Origin: Candidatus Latescibacterota bacterium
GTDB lineage: Bacteria; Latescibacterota; UBA2968; GCA-2709665
Assembly (NCBI GenBank): GCA_965203805.1
Contig: OZ241917.1
Coordinates: forward strand, 2,112,001 to 2,176,000
DNA: 64,000 nucleotides
Direction of reading: 5' to 3'
Shown here: positions 40,443 through 51,086 of the stretch, in pieces
Layout of the letters: each line of letters opens with the position of its first letter
Position numbering within the stretch: position 1 is the first letter of the stretch
Notes under the pieces: generated by a model
Told to the model about the DNA's origin: nothing
Seen by the model: only the letters and a program-made list of their open reading frames with translations
The model's database searches: none
Program-made: the position numbers and the translations under genes

Positions 40443-41978
40443 TCAGGCCAGATCCCTGAGGACCTCCTGCGCGGCATTGTGGCCTGGAATGCCGCTCACC
40501 TCGCCGCCGGGATGCTGTCCGGCGCCGCAGAGGTACAGGCCCTTATGCGGCGCCCGATATTGTGAGAGTTCCGGAAGCGGCCGATTCCAGAAGAGATGCT
40601 CGCCCGCGTGTTGCACATGCCAGATACACCCGTCCGTCAGGCCGTTCTCCCGTTCGATGTCCAGGGGCGTCCGGAAGATGTGGTTTCGGATGGAAGATCT
40701 GAAGTTGGGCGCGAACTCCGTGATCTGATCGATGATGCCTTCGGCGATCTCCTCCCGGACGTCGTCCCAGGATCCGGTGCGAAGCGTCGCGGGCGCGGGG
40801 TAGATCCACACGGAGGCGGTGTGATAACCCGGCTGCGTGAGTGTGGGGTCCGCGAACGAGGGCATTGAAAAACTGATCACGGGTTTCCGAACGGGCAGGC
40901 CTGCTTCCAGTTCATCGTAGGCCGCGTCGATTTCCGGCCTCGACGCGTGAAGGGTGATCGCACCGCGGTAAGGTTGTTCCGGGTCGCCGTCCCAGTACTT
41001 CCATTGCGGCGCTTCACTGACAACGGCCAGCAGCTTGTAGCAACTCACGTGGGTGATGAGTCCCTCGAGGCGCTTGCGCAACCGGCCGTCGACCGATTCG
41101 GACGGCATGAGCCTGAGGAACGTGCACTTGGGGTCCGGGTTGGAAACCGTGACGCGGCTTCGGACTTCCTTCCCGTTTTCCAGTCGGACGCCAATAACCG
41201 CGTTGTCCTCCACGAGCAACCTCTGCACGCCCGTGTCGAGGTGGATGGTCGCGCCGGCCTCCCGCGCCGCGTCGGCGATCGCGTCGCTGACGGCGCCCAT
41301 TCCGCCTTCAACGTAGCCATAGGGATGGGCTTCACCGGTCTCGGTGTCGGGACGGTTGATGGAACCGTAGGCGAAGTGCAGGCCCAGTGGATTCCGACCC
41401 ACGGCGGCGCCTTCCGAGGCGTGCAGGTCCTTCAGGTGGTCGGTAGAGAGGAATTCTTCCTGCAGTTCGCGGATCCGGGTGGTAACGGCCCGGTCGAGCA
41501 CGCTCGCCGCGGGGGTGCCGGCGATCCGGGAACGCACGTCGTCCAGGGACGGGGGCGCCTGGAATCTGAACGGGGTCACGATATCGGAGAGGATCCGCTT
41601 GAATTCGCCATACCGGCGAACGTCCTCCCGTTCGGCGCCGGTGAGGCGGCTACGGTGGGTCCGGTTTCTGGGAGAATCGTGATCCGAGGGTCCATGATAG
41701 GTGCCATCTGGTCGAAGGCGGATATACCCCTCGCGGGGAAGCATCTTCATTCCGCGTTCGTAGAGTTCCAGATCCCGGATGATTCTTGGGGGCAGGCCGT
41801 GGATCATGTGGGCGCAGGTCGAGAAGTGAAACCCCGGCCAGAGTTCTTCCGTGATTGACGCGCCGCCGACGAAGGAACGACGTTCAAACACACTGACGTC
41901 GAGTCCGGCTCCTGCCAGATAGGCAGCGGCGGTGAGGCCATTGTGGCCGGCGCCGACCACGATAACATCCGTATCCAT
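40443..41978 (-). CDS. Phytoene-desaturase-family FAD oxidoreductase
   Basis: GAGHNGL, GGMGAV, TPLDIE and LYLCGAGQHPGG motifs. Confidence 0.9.
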   Translation of the reverse strand: MDTDVIVVGAGHNGLTAAAYLAGAGLDVSVFERRSFVGGASITEELWPGFHFSTCAHMIHGLPPRIIRDLELYERGMKMLPREGYIRLRPDGTYHGPSDHDSPRNRTHRSRLTGAEREDVRRYGEFKRILSDIVTPFRFQAPPSLDDVRSRIAGTPAASVLDRAVTTRIRELQEEFLSTDHLKDLHASEGAAVGRNPLGLHFAYGSINRPDTETGEAHPYGYVEGGMGAVSDAIADAAREAGATIHLDTGVQRLLVEDNAVIGVRLENGKEVRSRVTVSNPDPKCTFLRLMPSESVDGRLRKRLEGLITHVSCYKLLAVVSEAPQWKYWDGDPEQPYRGAITLHASRPEIDAAYDELEAGLPVRKPVISFSMPSFADPTLTQPGYHTASVWIYPAPATLRTGSWDDVREEIAEGIIDQITEFAPNFRSSIRNHIFRTPLDIERENGLTDGCIWHVQHAGEHLFWNRPLPELSQYRAPHKGLYLCGAGQHPGGEVSGIPGHNAAQEVLRDLA

Positions 41979-42047
41979 AATAAACGTTCCCTTCGATTCA
42001 CGACGACCCCGCCCATGGGGCTGTGTCGGGATGGAGAACAGCGTTGT

Positions 42048-43514
42048 CTACAGCCGTGGGCTAACGTGCCCGGCTGCGCCGGACGCTTCGACGTAAGCGT
42101 TGAGGCGCGCCGCGGCGCGTCCGCTGTCGATCACGTCTTCGGCACGCTCGACCGCCTGTGTCGCATCCACTTCAAATCCGAGTAGATGATCCTTGATTGC
42201 GGCGTTGAGCACGATCTGGTCGTAGGCCGGGCCTTTTTGTCCCGCAAGAGCGGCGCAACCCGCTTTTGCAAACGCTTCGGCAGAAACGGTTTCGGGTCTG
42301 GGATGCCCGTTGTAACGGAATCCGGCGGCTGCCGGGTCGATGTCGCGATCGTAAGTTTCGATCCGTCCGCCTCGGATCCGGAAGCCCCTCACATTGTTGA
42401 TGGCTTTTCGTTCCTCGTCGGAGGCTTTGCCCAGCCGCAGGCCGAAGGAACCGGCTCCTTCCACGCCCTTCACGACCAGGCCGGAGTCGAGGCCGCGGTC
42501 CGCTGCCAGTTGAAGAAACAGGTCTTCGTAGCCCGGATGGTAATAGCCGACGACCATGTGGTTTTCGCCGGCACACGTAAAAAGCTGCTGTGCTTTTTCC
42601 GTTGCCGCCCAGGGGGGTCGCTTTCCGATATGGGCACGCATGCCTCTGGCAGCATACGCGGCTGCCGAAAAGACGCGCTGGCTGACGTAGGCGAAACCAA
42701 CCCTTGGGTGCTCAATCAGACCGCCGGCCTGTTTCAGCGTGAGATTCACGTTTGCACCCAGCACCTTCAGGATCTGTTCGTCGTTCACCCCCCATTTCGG
42801 CGGCATTCCGTCCACGCCGTGCAGAACCGACGGGCGTCCCAGCGCGGCCCTGACGGCCGCAACGAACAGGGTCGGACGAAAATACTTGCTCGACCCGTCG
42901 TACGGTTCACCGAAATGGGTGAGCGACCCGACGTCGACCTTCACGACATTGGACGGGTCAAACCCGGCATCCAGGTATCCTCGCGCCTCATCGTATGTCT
43001 CGCGATTCATCCTCTGGCCGATCAGCGCCGCGCCTTTGAGCGCGTCTCGCACCCGCCCGTTCAGGATCACGCCGCACATCCGGCGAGTCTCCCCATAGCC
43101 GAGGTGCTGTCCGGCGAGGATTTTATGGAGAGCGGAAATGAGAACGGCTTCCTCCTCATTCCGCGCTTCCGGTTTCGCGCGTGTGTCCAGCAGATACAGG
43201 ATTTCGGGCGGCAGGTCCCGGCGGAGGGCGGCACGATATCTATCGAAAGCATCGGTTTCCGCGACACTCCACCGCGTCCCGGACGGAAAGCGGCGTCGAA
43301 GGGCCATGGCCGCGAAGAACGCGCCCATCTGGACGGAGGACACCCGCTGCGTATCGGACAATTCACCCCTGACCGAACCCAGTATCAGATCCAGAATGCG
43401 GTCGGGTTGGGGGTCCGTGGGTTTTACTCCCAGCGGGCGGGACTGATGCGGTCCGGTGCAGACCCGGGCCTGGGCTTCCAGCACTTCGGGATTCGGGTGA
43501 GGCTCAGTCGGCAT
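42048..43514 (-). CDS. Anthranilate-phosphoribosyltransferase-like (YbiB/GT3 fold) protein with duplicated N-terminal helical region
   Basis: QMGAFF, GEPYDGS, LHGVDGMPPKWG, IGKRPPWAT and VKGVEG motifs. A promoter TTGATG-N17-TATACT (43579-43551) supports ATG 43514. Confidence 0.8.
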   Translation of the reverse strand: MPTEPHPNPEVLEAQARVCTGPHQSRPLGVKPTDPQPDRILDLILGSVRGELSDTQRVSSVQMGAFFAAMALRRRFPSGTRWSVAETDAFDRYRAALRRDLPPEILYLLDTRAKPEARNEEEAVLISALHKILAGQHLGYGETRRMCGVILNGRVRDALKGAALIGQRMNRETYDEARGYLDAGFDPSNVVKVDVGSLTHFGEPYDGSSKYFRPTLFVAAVRAALGRPSVLHGVDGMPPKWGVNDEQILKVLGANVNLTLKQAGGLIEHPRVGFAYVSQRVFSAAAYAARGMRAHIGKRPPWAATEKAQQLFTCAGENHMVVGYYHPGYEDLFLQLAADRGLDSGLVVKGVEGAGSFGLRLGKASDEERKAINNVRGFRIRGGRIETYDRDIDPAAAGFRYNGHPRPETVSAEAFAKAGCAALAGQKGPAYDQIVLNAAIKDHLLGFEVDATQAVERAEDVIDSGRAAARLNAYVEASGAAGHVSPRL

Positions 43515-43744
43515 GGCATTGATTTTCGTCGGTGAAGTGGCGTCGGCGATAGTATACGTGAAATCAAGTGTGTCATCAAGCGAGGCGGGCTGTGCCTCGG
43601 ATCTGAAAACTGGGCGCCGAGACACGGCCTGCCTGCCGGTCAAGGGCGTTTCGGGAGTGAAAAAACGGTTTGCACGAAAGGTGTTTTTTGTTAAATAAGA
43701 CGTGATTGAAGCATCGGAAATCCACGCCGTACCCGGGATCGGCG

Positions 43745-44536
43745 ATGACGGTAACCCGTTTGGCATGGTGCCTTGTCATATTAGGTTGGATGAGTTCCCG
43801 GCTTCAGGCCGAACCTGTCCGGGTTTATGCCGCGGTCAGTCTGATCGGTTCATTGAAGCAGATTGAGGGGATGTTCGAAAGGGAATCGGACGTGGAAGTC
43901 CGGTTCTCGTTCGCGGCGTCTTCCACGCTGGCCAGGCAGATCGAGCGCGGGGCGCCGGCCGCGGTTTTCATTTCCGCGAACCCCGCGTGGATGGATTATC
44001 TGGAGTCGCGGGGACTGATTCACCCTGACAGCAGGACCGACCTGCTCGGCAATGCGCTGGTGGTGGTTACGCCGGCGGGCGAGGGCTTCGACGTTAAATG
44101 GGAACAGGCGTTCGATTTCGCCGGGGCGTTTGAAGGACCGCTGGCAATTGCGGACCCCGATCTCGTTCCTGCCGGCATATATGCAAGACAGGCGCTCGTC
44201 AACCTGGGATGGTGGACGGATTTGAGCCGGCGCCTCGCCGTGGGTCAGGACGTGCGTTCCGCGCTCGCATTCGTGGAACAGGGCGCTTGCGCAGCGGGAA
44301 TTGTGTACGCAACCGATGCGGCCTCGAGCGACCGGGTGGACGCGCTGGGCGTGTTACCGTCAGGGACGCATGATGAGATTGTCTATGCCGTTGCGATCGT
44401 AAAGGGTCGGGTTACCGTGACGACGCGAAGATTCGTGGACTTCCTGAAGTCCGAGCAGGCCCACGACGTATTCACAGGCGATGGTTTTCGGGTTCCTGTT
44501 TTTCGGCGGAACCACGATCGATCTGATCGGGACTGA
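43745..44536 (+). CDS. modA: Molybdate ABC transporter substrate-binding protein
   Basis: YAAVSL, FAASSTLARQI, VPAGIYA, DVRSAL and GIVYATDA motifs. Confidence 0.92.
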   Translation: MTVTRLAWCLVILGWMSSRLQAEPVRVYAAVSLIGSLKQIEGMFERESDVEVRFSFAASSTLARQIERGAPAAVFISANPAWMDYLESRGLIHPDSRTDLLGNALVVVTPAGEGFDVKWEQAFDFAGAFEGPLAIADPDLVPAGIYARQALVNLGWWTDLSRRLAVGQDVRSALAFVEQGACAAGIVYATDAASSDRVDALGVLPSGTHDEIVYAVAIVKGRVTVTTRRFVDFLKSEQAHDVFTGDGFRVPVFRRNHDRSDRD

Positions 44537-44553
44537 CGCGCAGGGGAGAGGTC

Positions 44554-45675
44554 ATGGCAATTCTGGAGCGGTTGAACGTCGGCGTTGCGGGCGCGGCGGG
44601 CAGAGGCGGGAGTTTTCGTGCGGCCTTCGACGCCCATCCCGTGGCCCGCCTGCATGCCGTCTGCGATATCCGGGAGGACATGCTGGATGCGGCAGCCGAA
44701 AAGCTCGGCGCCACGGAGACCTATTCGGACTACGAGGAAATGCTGGAGAGGTCCGAGCTGGATGCCGTGGTCATCGGCACGCCCATGCAGTTTCACGCGC
44801 CTCAGGCGATCGCTGCCCTGGAGTCTAACGTCCACGTGCTGAGCGAGGTGACAGCCGCGGTTTCAGTCGACGAATGCAGACGCCTCGTCGTTGCGGCCGC
44901 TGCAACCCCCGCGATATACATGATGGCCGAGAACTTCACGTACATGAAACCCAATGTGCTCGTGAAAGCGCTGGTGCGGCGGGGGCTGTTCGGGGAGGTC
45001 TATTACGCGGAGGGGGAATATGTCCACGAGTTGAAGGGATTGAACGAGATAACAACCTGGCGCCGGAAATGGCAGACGGGAATCGACGGCGTCACCTATG
45101 GCACGCACAGCCTGGGACCGATTCTTCAGTGGATGGAAGGCGACCGTGTGTCCCGGGTGTGCTGCGAGGGCAGCGGCCATCACTACGTAGATCCCAGAGG
45201 GAACCGGTATGAGAATCAGGACTCCTGCGTGATGCTGTGCAAGACGGCCGGCGGCGCGCTGATCAAAATACGGGTCGATATGCTGTCGGAGCGCCCGCAT
45301 TCAATGGCGAACTACGCCCTTCAGGGCACCACCGGGTGTTACGAGTCCGCCCGCGCGAAGGGAGAGGCGAACCGGATCTGGCTCGCGGACCTGTGCGAAG
45401 ACAGGAATACATGGTTGGACCTTACGGAACTGGAAGGAGAATACCTGCCGGAGATGTGGCGCGACCCTTCCGAAGACGCGTTGAAGGCGGGTCACGGGGG
45501 CGGGGACTATTTCGAGATTCTGGATTTCGTGAACGCCATTGTGGGAACGGCGCCCTGTCCGATCGGAATCCACGAGGCTATGGACATGACACTCCCCGGC
45601 CTGATCAGCCAGGCATCCGTCGCCAATGGCGGCGCGTGGATGGACGTACCCGATTCGAGGGCGTGGGTCCAGTGA
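44554..45675 (+). CDS. Gfo/Idh/MocA oxidoreductase (GH109-like)
   Basis: Rossmann fold, TPMQFHA, HVLSEV, YMMAEN, YGTHSLGP and GHGGGD motifs. Confidence 0.88.
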   Translation: MAILERLNVGVAGAAGRGGSFRAAFDAHPVARLHAVCDIREDMLDAAAEKLGATETYSDYEEMLERSELDAVVIGTPMQFHAPQAIAALESNVHVLSEVTAAVSVDECRRLVVAAAATPAIYMMAENFTYMKPNVLVKALVRRGLFGEVYYAEGEYVHELKGLNEITTWRRKWQTGIDGVTYGTHSLGPILQWMEGDRVSRVCCEGSGHHYVDPRGNRYENQDSCVMLCKTAGGALIKIRVDMLSERPHSMANYALQGTTGCYESARAKGEANRIWLADLCEDRNTWLDLTELEGEYLPEMWRDPSEDALKAGHGGGDYFEILDFVNAIVGTAPCPIGIHEAMDMTLPGLISQASVANGGAWMDVPDSRAWVQ

Positions 45676-45781
45676 CCTTTTCCAACGATATCTCACCCTT
45701 CGGCCGATTTCAGGCTACCTGTTGCGGGACAGAACACCAGCGACCCCGACGCCGGGATGCAGGAGGGGCCGCCCGGCAACC

Positions 45782-46579
45782 TCAGACAACCGTTGGCTTC
45801 AATGCATTCTCGCCGAATATTACCGGGAAGATATGACCGCGTGCGGATCGGGTAGCCGCGTGCATGTAACAGGTGCTGAACGCCCTGCGGGGAACGCCGG
45901 TATGATTTGTACCGGAGCTGTGCAACAGCCAGTTGTGCAGGAGAACGACTTCACCTTCTTCGAGCTCCAGATACACGTGCTCCGCCTTTCGGGTCAGTGC
46001 TTCCTTCTGCTCTGAGTTGAGGAAGCCGCTCGCGTTTTCGGGGTTGACCAGCCCCCATTTGTGAGACCCGGGGATGATTTTGACGCAGCCGTTGTCGACC
46101 GTGGACGGATCCAACGCCGTCCAGACGGTAACGAGCGGATCACGGTCGAGGTCGGTCCAGCGATCCTGGTGCCACGTCAGGTCGTGGCCATGTCCTGCCG
46201 GTTTGTTCATGAACATCGCGCGAAAACTGGCCACCGGGGCGTCCTGCCCGTAGGCCCTGGAACAGACATCCCGGAACAGCGGGTGCTGCATGTACACGAG
46301 GAAGAGGTCGTCGTATTCCAGATCCTGAATCTTCCGGTAGTTCAGGGTAGCGCCCTTGTGGCCTTTGGTCTGGGGTCCCGGACCCTCCCTGCCGTCGACG
46401 ACGTCCAGTTGCATCAGCGTGCGACTGTAGTCCAGCCGGGCCGTGCCCATCATGATCTCGTCGATACGACGCCTGAGGGCTTCCAGGGACGCCGCGGTCG
46501 CGACCTTGCCGAGGTGAAGATATCCCCCGGTTTGAAACCGTTCCCACTGTTCGTCAGTCAGAAAGTCCATAGGCTTCAC
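45782..46579 (-). CDS. Phytanoyl-CoA dioxygenase (PhyH) family protein
   Basis: WHQD, WTALD, IPGSH, LLHSS and RRA motifs. Confidence 0.92.
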   Translation of the reverse strand: MKPMDFLTDEQWERFQTGGYLHLGKVATAASLEALRRRIDEIMMGTARLDYSRTLMQLDVVDGREGPGPQTKGHKGATLNYRKIQDLEYDDLFLVYMQHPLFRDVCSRAYGQDAPVASFRAMFMNKPAGHGHDLTWHQDRWTDLDRDPLVTVWTALDPSTVDNGCVKIIPGSHKWGLVNPENASGFLNSEQKEALTRKAEHVYLELEEGEVVLLHNWLLHSSGTNHTGVPRRAFSTCYMHAATRSARGHIFPVIFGENALKPTVV

Positions 46580-46725
46580 TCATCAGCGTACCCGTGAGCC
46601 CGGCGTCCGCCATACCGGTCCGCAGGATCCGGGTCGGACACGTCCCGATTCCGCCGGAGCGGGTTACTCATTGGTAAGATAATGAAGTCGGGATCGCGCA
46701 TCAAGCATCCAGCGAGGAGCGTCCA

Positions 46726-47697
46726 ATGTCGGAGACGGTATTGTATCTCTCGAAAGACGATGTGGCGGCGGTGAATCTGTCGATGGGGGAAATCATCGAC
46801 GGGCTGGACCGGATGTTTGTGGAAAAGGGAGAAGGCAAAGTGGAGATGCCTCCCAAGCCGGGCATCCACACACAGCCGGACGCATTCATTCACGCAATGC
46901 CGGCGTTTATACCGAGCCTTGAATCCGCGGGGATGAAATGGGTATCCGGATACCCGGCGAACCAGGCGAAAGGGCTGCCGTACATCAGCGGACTGTTGAT
47001 TCTGAACGATCCTGAAACCGGCATTCCAACGTGCGTTATGGACTGCACGTGGATCACGGCGATGCGGACGGGTGCGGCGACCGCGGTTGCCGCGAAATAT
47101 CTCGCGCGAAAGGACAGTTCGACGGTCGGCATTGTCGCCTGCGGCGTACAGGGCCGCGGCAATCTGGAGGCCCTGTCGTGCATTTTTGACATCAGCGAAG
47201 TAAGGGCGTACGATCTGTATCCTGAGGTCGCGGACCGGTTCGCGGCGGAAATGGGGCCCCGACTCGGGGTGCGCATCGAGCCGGTTAGAGAGGTTTCGCA
47301 GGCCGTCAGGGAACTGGATCTCGTTGTTACGAGCGGGCCCATCAGGGAACGGCCGGAACCGATTGTGGGGGCCGGCTGGCTCGCGGAGGGATCTTTTGCC
47401 TGCCCGCTGGACTTCGATGCCTACTTCCGGGCCGATGCATTTCGTGAAGCGGACAAGCTGGCAAGCGACGATTCGGATCAGTTGGAATATTACCGGCAGA
47501 CCGGTTTTTTCGAAGATACACCGGAGCCATATGCAGACCTGGGTGAAATCGCCGCCGGGCTGAAGCCGGGACGGGAGTCGGACCGGGAACGCACGATCGC
47601 GATCAATCTGGGCCTCGGTCTGGAGGACATGGCCACGGCGATTCTGGTATATCGTCGTGCAGTGGCGCTGGGAATCGGGACTGAGCTACCGCTGTAA
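46726..47697 (+). CDS. Ornithine cyclodeaminase/mu-crystallin family protein
   Basis: MPPK, KWVSGYP.N, ITAMRTGAA and GLGLED motifs. Confidence 0.92.
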   Translation: MSETVLYLSKDDVAAVNLSMGEIIDGLDRMFVEKGEGKVEMPPKPGIHTQPDAFIHAMPAFIPSLESAGMKWVSGYPANQAKGLPYISGLLILNDPETGIPTCVMDCTWITAMRTGAATAVAAKYLARKDSSTVGIVACGVQGRGNLEALSCIFDISEVRAYDLYPEVADRFAAEMGPRLGVRIEPVREVSQAVRELDLVVTSGPIRERPEPIVGAGWLAEGSFACPLDFDAYFRADAFREADKLASDDSDQLEYYRQTGFFEDTPEPYADLGEIAAGLKPGRESDRERTIAINLGLGLEDMATAILVYRRAVALGIGTELPL

Positions 47698-47707
47698 TCG
47701 GGCCCCA

Positions 47708-47962
47708 TCAGCCTCAATTCGAAAAAAGAAAACCGAAGAATTGGCCACAAAAAGCACAAAGAGCATCCGTTCAAAGTAGCGTGTGTCGTAACGCCGTGAC
47801 CCTGCGGTTATTTCCTCACCGGGCAGAAAAGGTCGTCCGGAAGGACATTTTTTTCGTTCACGTCCAGCGACCTGAAGGATCATGGAAATCAGCAGTTAAA
47901 TCGCCTTTATTCACTTGCACACATTCGAATTAACGTCCCCGAATAACGACGAATCAAGGTTA
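47708..47962 (-). mobile_element. 255-bp dispersed repeat (MITE-like), copy B
   Basis: Its reverse complement aligns without gaps to 8184-8438. The ends are cagcctcaattcg and cgaatcaaggtta. Confidence 0.75.
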
Positions 47963-47985
47963 GATCAAGATGCCGAGGAGGCGCA

Positions 47986-49107
47986 ATGACTCGACAGACT
48001 GACAATCCGGAACAGATCGGGATTTCCGCTGGAGGCTTGCAGGCAGCTTGCGGTATCCTCGAGGAGGCGGTGGTGCGGGGCGAGTTGATGGGCGCGGCGC
48101 TCCAGGTTTCCCGGGGCGGCGTCGCTATTCGGCCGGCGTGTTTCGGGCGCCGTACCCTGGACCCCGGGGGACCTCCGGTTGCGCCGGACACCGTCTTCCT
48201 GATCGCGTCCATCACCAAGCCGATCGTGGCGGCGGCGGTGATGTTGCTCGTGGAGCGGGGCAAGGTCTGCCTGGACGACCCGGTGACGGCGTTCGTACCG
48301 GAGTTCGGCCGGGCGGGCAAGGAAGGCGTTCAGGTGCGGCATCTCCTGACCCACACGTCCGGGCTGCCGGACATGCTGCCTGAGAACCTGGCATTGCGCG
48401 CCGAACACGCGCCGCTGGATGTCTTTATTCAACACATCTGCAAGGTAAAGCTGCTATTCAGACCCGGCACCAGAATCTCTTACCAGAGCTGTGGAATCGC
48501 CATGCTGGGCGAAATCGTCCGGCAGATCGAGGCAATGCCGGTGCGGGCATTCCTCAGGCGGGCGTTTTTCGAACCGCTGGACCTCGTGGATACCTCGCTG
48601 GGTCGTCCGAACCGGAACCCGCGCGATTCAGACGTGAAAATACACAGCGGAGAATACGGCGCAGCGGACGCCGTGTCCTGGAACTGGAACTCGGAATACT
48701 GGAGAGGGTTCGGCGCCCCCTGGGGCGGGCTGTTGACCACCACGGCAGAGATGACGGCGCTCTGTCAGGCCTTTCTGTACAAGGGCGCGCTGAACGGGAC
48801 CCGCATCCTGAGCCCGGCGACGGTTTCCGCAATGACGGCGGACCAGACGTCGGCGATGCCGGATTTGAGCCGGTCCGACCGGCTCCGACAGCGTTGGGGG
48901 CTGGGATGGCGCGTGCGCGACCGGGTATGTTCAATCTTCGGAGATCTGACTTCGGACGCCACCTTCGGACACGAGGGAGCGACGGGAACCGTGGCCTGGG
49001 TGGACCCGGAGACGGAGACGACGTGCGTGCTGTTCACCAACGACCCGCACGGTGCGGCTTCCCTGCGTCCACGGGTAGGTAATGCCGTTGCCGCCGCCGT
49101 CATGTAG
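47986..49107 (+). CDS. Beta-lactamase-fold serine hydrolase
   Basis: ASITK (SxxK), LLTHTSG, YQS and FGHEG motifs. No signal peptide. Confidence 0.92.
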   Translation: MTRQTDNPEQIGISAGGLQAACGILEEAVVRGELMGAALQVSRGGVAIRPACFGRRTLDPGGPPVAPDTVFLIASITKPIVAAAVMLLVERGKVCLDDPVTAFVPEFGRAGKEGVQVRHLLTHTSGLPDMLPENLALRAEHAPLDVFIQHICKVKLLFRPGTRISYQSCGIAMLGEIVRQIEAMPVRAFLRRAFFEPLDLVDTSLGRPNRNPRDSDVKIHSGEYGAADAVSWNWNSEYWRGFGAPWGGLLTTTAEMTALCQAFLYKGALNGTRILSPATVSAMTADQTSAMPDLSRSDRLRQRWGLGWRVRDRVCSIFGDLTSDATFGHEGATGTVAWVDPETETTCVLFTNDPHGAASLRPRVGNAVAAAVM

Positions 49108-49204
49108 TGCGCGTTTCGGGCCACGTCCTGGAAGGATCGAGTTCCGCACTTTGTCCTGCATCCCTGTTGCTCCCGCCGACACGAACCGGCGAAAACCCTG
49201 GACG

Positions 49205-50173
49205 TTATCCTTCCACGTGAACGTTGCCGAAGAGTGTGCTGACCGACTCGTCGTTGTGGATACGACGGATGGCTTCCGCCAGAATGGAAGCAACGGAAAG
49301 CACCTTGATTTTCCCGTTCTGCACGGTTTCAGGAACGGGAATGGAATTCGAAACGACCAATTCGGTAAGGACGGAGTTCTCAACGCGTTCCACGGCAGGG
49401 CCGGCCAGCACCGGGTGGACGATTACGGCGCTGATATCCAGGGCCCCATGTTCTCTCAGGACCGTAGCGGCCTCGACGAGCGACCCGCCGGTGGAAATGA
49501 GATCGTCGATGATCACGACGTTCTTACCTTCCACATCGCCAATTATGTTCAGAACTTCCGTTTGAGTACCGCTCGAGCGTCGTTTGTCCACGATGGCCAG
49601 TGGAGCGTCCAGCAGTTCGGAATAGGCGCGTGTCATCTTGATGTTGCCCACGTCGGGCGTGACCGTGACCAGGTTTTCCATGCGCCTTTCCATCAGGTAG
49701 CTTCCGAAGACATTGATGGAGTACAGGTGGTCCATGGGGATGTCGAAGAATCCCTGGATCTGGTTGGAATGCAAGTCCAGCGAGAGGACCCGCCTGGCGC
49801 CGGCGGTGACGATGAGGTTCCCGATCAGTTTGGCGGTAATCGGCACCCGCGGCCTGTCTTTTCGGTCCTGCCGGGCATAGCCGTAATAGGGCAGTACGGC
49901 GGTAATCCGCCGGGCGGAGGCGCGACGGGCGGCGTCGATGAGAATGAGGATTTCCATCAGGGCGTCGTTTGGCGTAAACACCCCGTTGCCGCAGATTGGC
50001 TGAACGATGTAGACGTCGTTGCCGCGCACGTTTTCGCGAATCTGAACGCCTGTCTCTCCTCCGGGAAAGCTCTCGACTTCAGCATCTCCCAGGCTGATGT
50101 TGAGGTGTTGGCAGATTTCTTCGGCCAGAGGTCTGTTGATGTTGCCTGTGAAAACTTGAAAGTCGTAAGCCAA
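49205..50173 (-). CDS. prs: Ribose-phosphate pyrophosphokinase
   Basis: PYYGYARQDRK, DLHSNQIQGFF and IIDDLISTGGS motifs. Promoter TTGCTC-N17-TATATT at 50265-50237. Confidence 0.97.
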   Translation of the reverse strand: MAYDFQVFTGNINRPLAEEICQHLNISLGDAEVESFPGGETGVQIRENVRGNDVYIVQPICGNGVFTPNDALMEILILIDAARRASARRITAVLPYYGYARQDRKDRPRVPITAKLIGNLIVTAGARRVLSLDLHSNQIQGFFDIPMDHLYSINVFGSYLMERRMENLVTVTPDVGNIKMTRAYSELLDAPLAIVDKRRSSGTQTEVLNIIGDVEGKNVVIIDDLISTGGSLVEAATVLREHGALDISAVIVHPVLAGPAVERVENSVLTELVVSNSIPVPETVQNGKIKVLSVASILAEAIRRIHNDESVSTLFGNVHVEG

Positions 50174-50357
50174 AACATCAGCCTCCTTGGGAGTTCGAAT
50201 CGCGCGGTTGAAAGTTCGTCTCGGGACTGCGGGTGAAATATATGCCCCGTCTTACGGCGGAGCAATTGAATTTGACAACGCGAAGGGATTCAGGTTGCCC
50301 GCTGCGAGGGCGCCTCCGCTCGTCCCCGGAATATTTCTTACCTTGCAGTAGGGTATC

Positions 50358-51086
50358 ATGTTGACCATTCTCTACCAGGACGACCATTACGTGGCCGTTG
50401 ACAAACCGAGCGGCATCTTCGTACACCCCACCCGCCTCGGGCCAAGGGAACCCAACTGCATGTCCCGACTCGGCAGGCAACTGGGTCGTCCCGTCTACAC
50501 CATTCACAGGCTGGACCGCGCCACCTCGGGCGTGCTCCTCTTCGCCCTGAGTTCCGAAGCGGCCAGGGAGATGTGCGTCCTGTTCGAAGAGCGCCGCATC
50601 CAGAAGGAATACCTGGCCGTGGTTCGGGGGTTTGCGCCCGAAGCCGGACGGATCGATCATCCCCTGCGAAAAGAAAAGAAAAAGCCGGCGGTGGAAGCGG
50701 TGACCCACTATGTCCGGATCGGGACGGTCGAACTTCAGGAGCCCGTCGGCAGACACGAGACAGCGCGTTTCTCGCTGGTGCGGGCTGTTCCTCAAACCGG
50801 CCGCATGCACCAGATTCGACGACACATGGCGCATATATCCCATCCCGTTCTGGGCGACACCCGGTACGGGGACGGCGCCCAGAACCGGTTCTTTCGCGCC
50901 AGGTTCGGTATGTGCCGCCTCGCGCTGATGGCCTCCCGGCTTGCGTTTCGGCACCCGTATACCTGCAACGGCGTTGCCGTTGTCGCGAATCCGTCGGAAG
51001 ATCTCCAGGCGACGTTCGCCGGGTTGGGATGGGACGGGTCGCTGCCTCCCTACCCGCATCCGCCGCTCGACTCCCTGACGCTCTGA
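50358..51086 (+). CDS. truC: tRNA pseudouridine synthase C (RluA family)
   Basis: DKPSG, HRLDRATSG and TGRMHQIRRHMAHISHP motifs. Confidence 0.85.
   Translation: MLTILYQDDHYVAVDKPSGIFVHPTRLGPREPNCMSRLGRQLGRPVYTIHRLDRATSGVLLFALSSEAAREMCVLFEERRIQKEYLAVVRGFAPEAGRIDHPLRKEKKKPAVEAVTHYVRIGTVELQEPVGRHETARFSLVRAVPQTGRMHQIRRHMAHISHPVLGDTRYGDGAQNRFFRARFGMCRLALMASRLAFRHPYTCNGVAVVANPSEDLQATFAGLGWDGSLPPYPHPPLDSLTL

Noticed and set aside
50174-50357. tRNA upstream of prs, as found in many bacteria
   Set aside because: No cloverleaf with proper D and T arms could be folded. The region is explained by a promoter and RBS.
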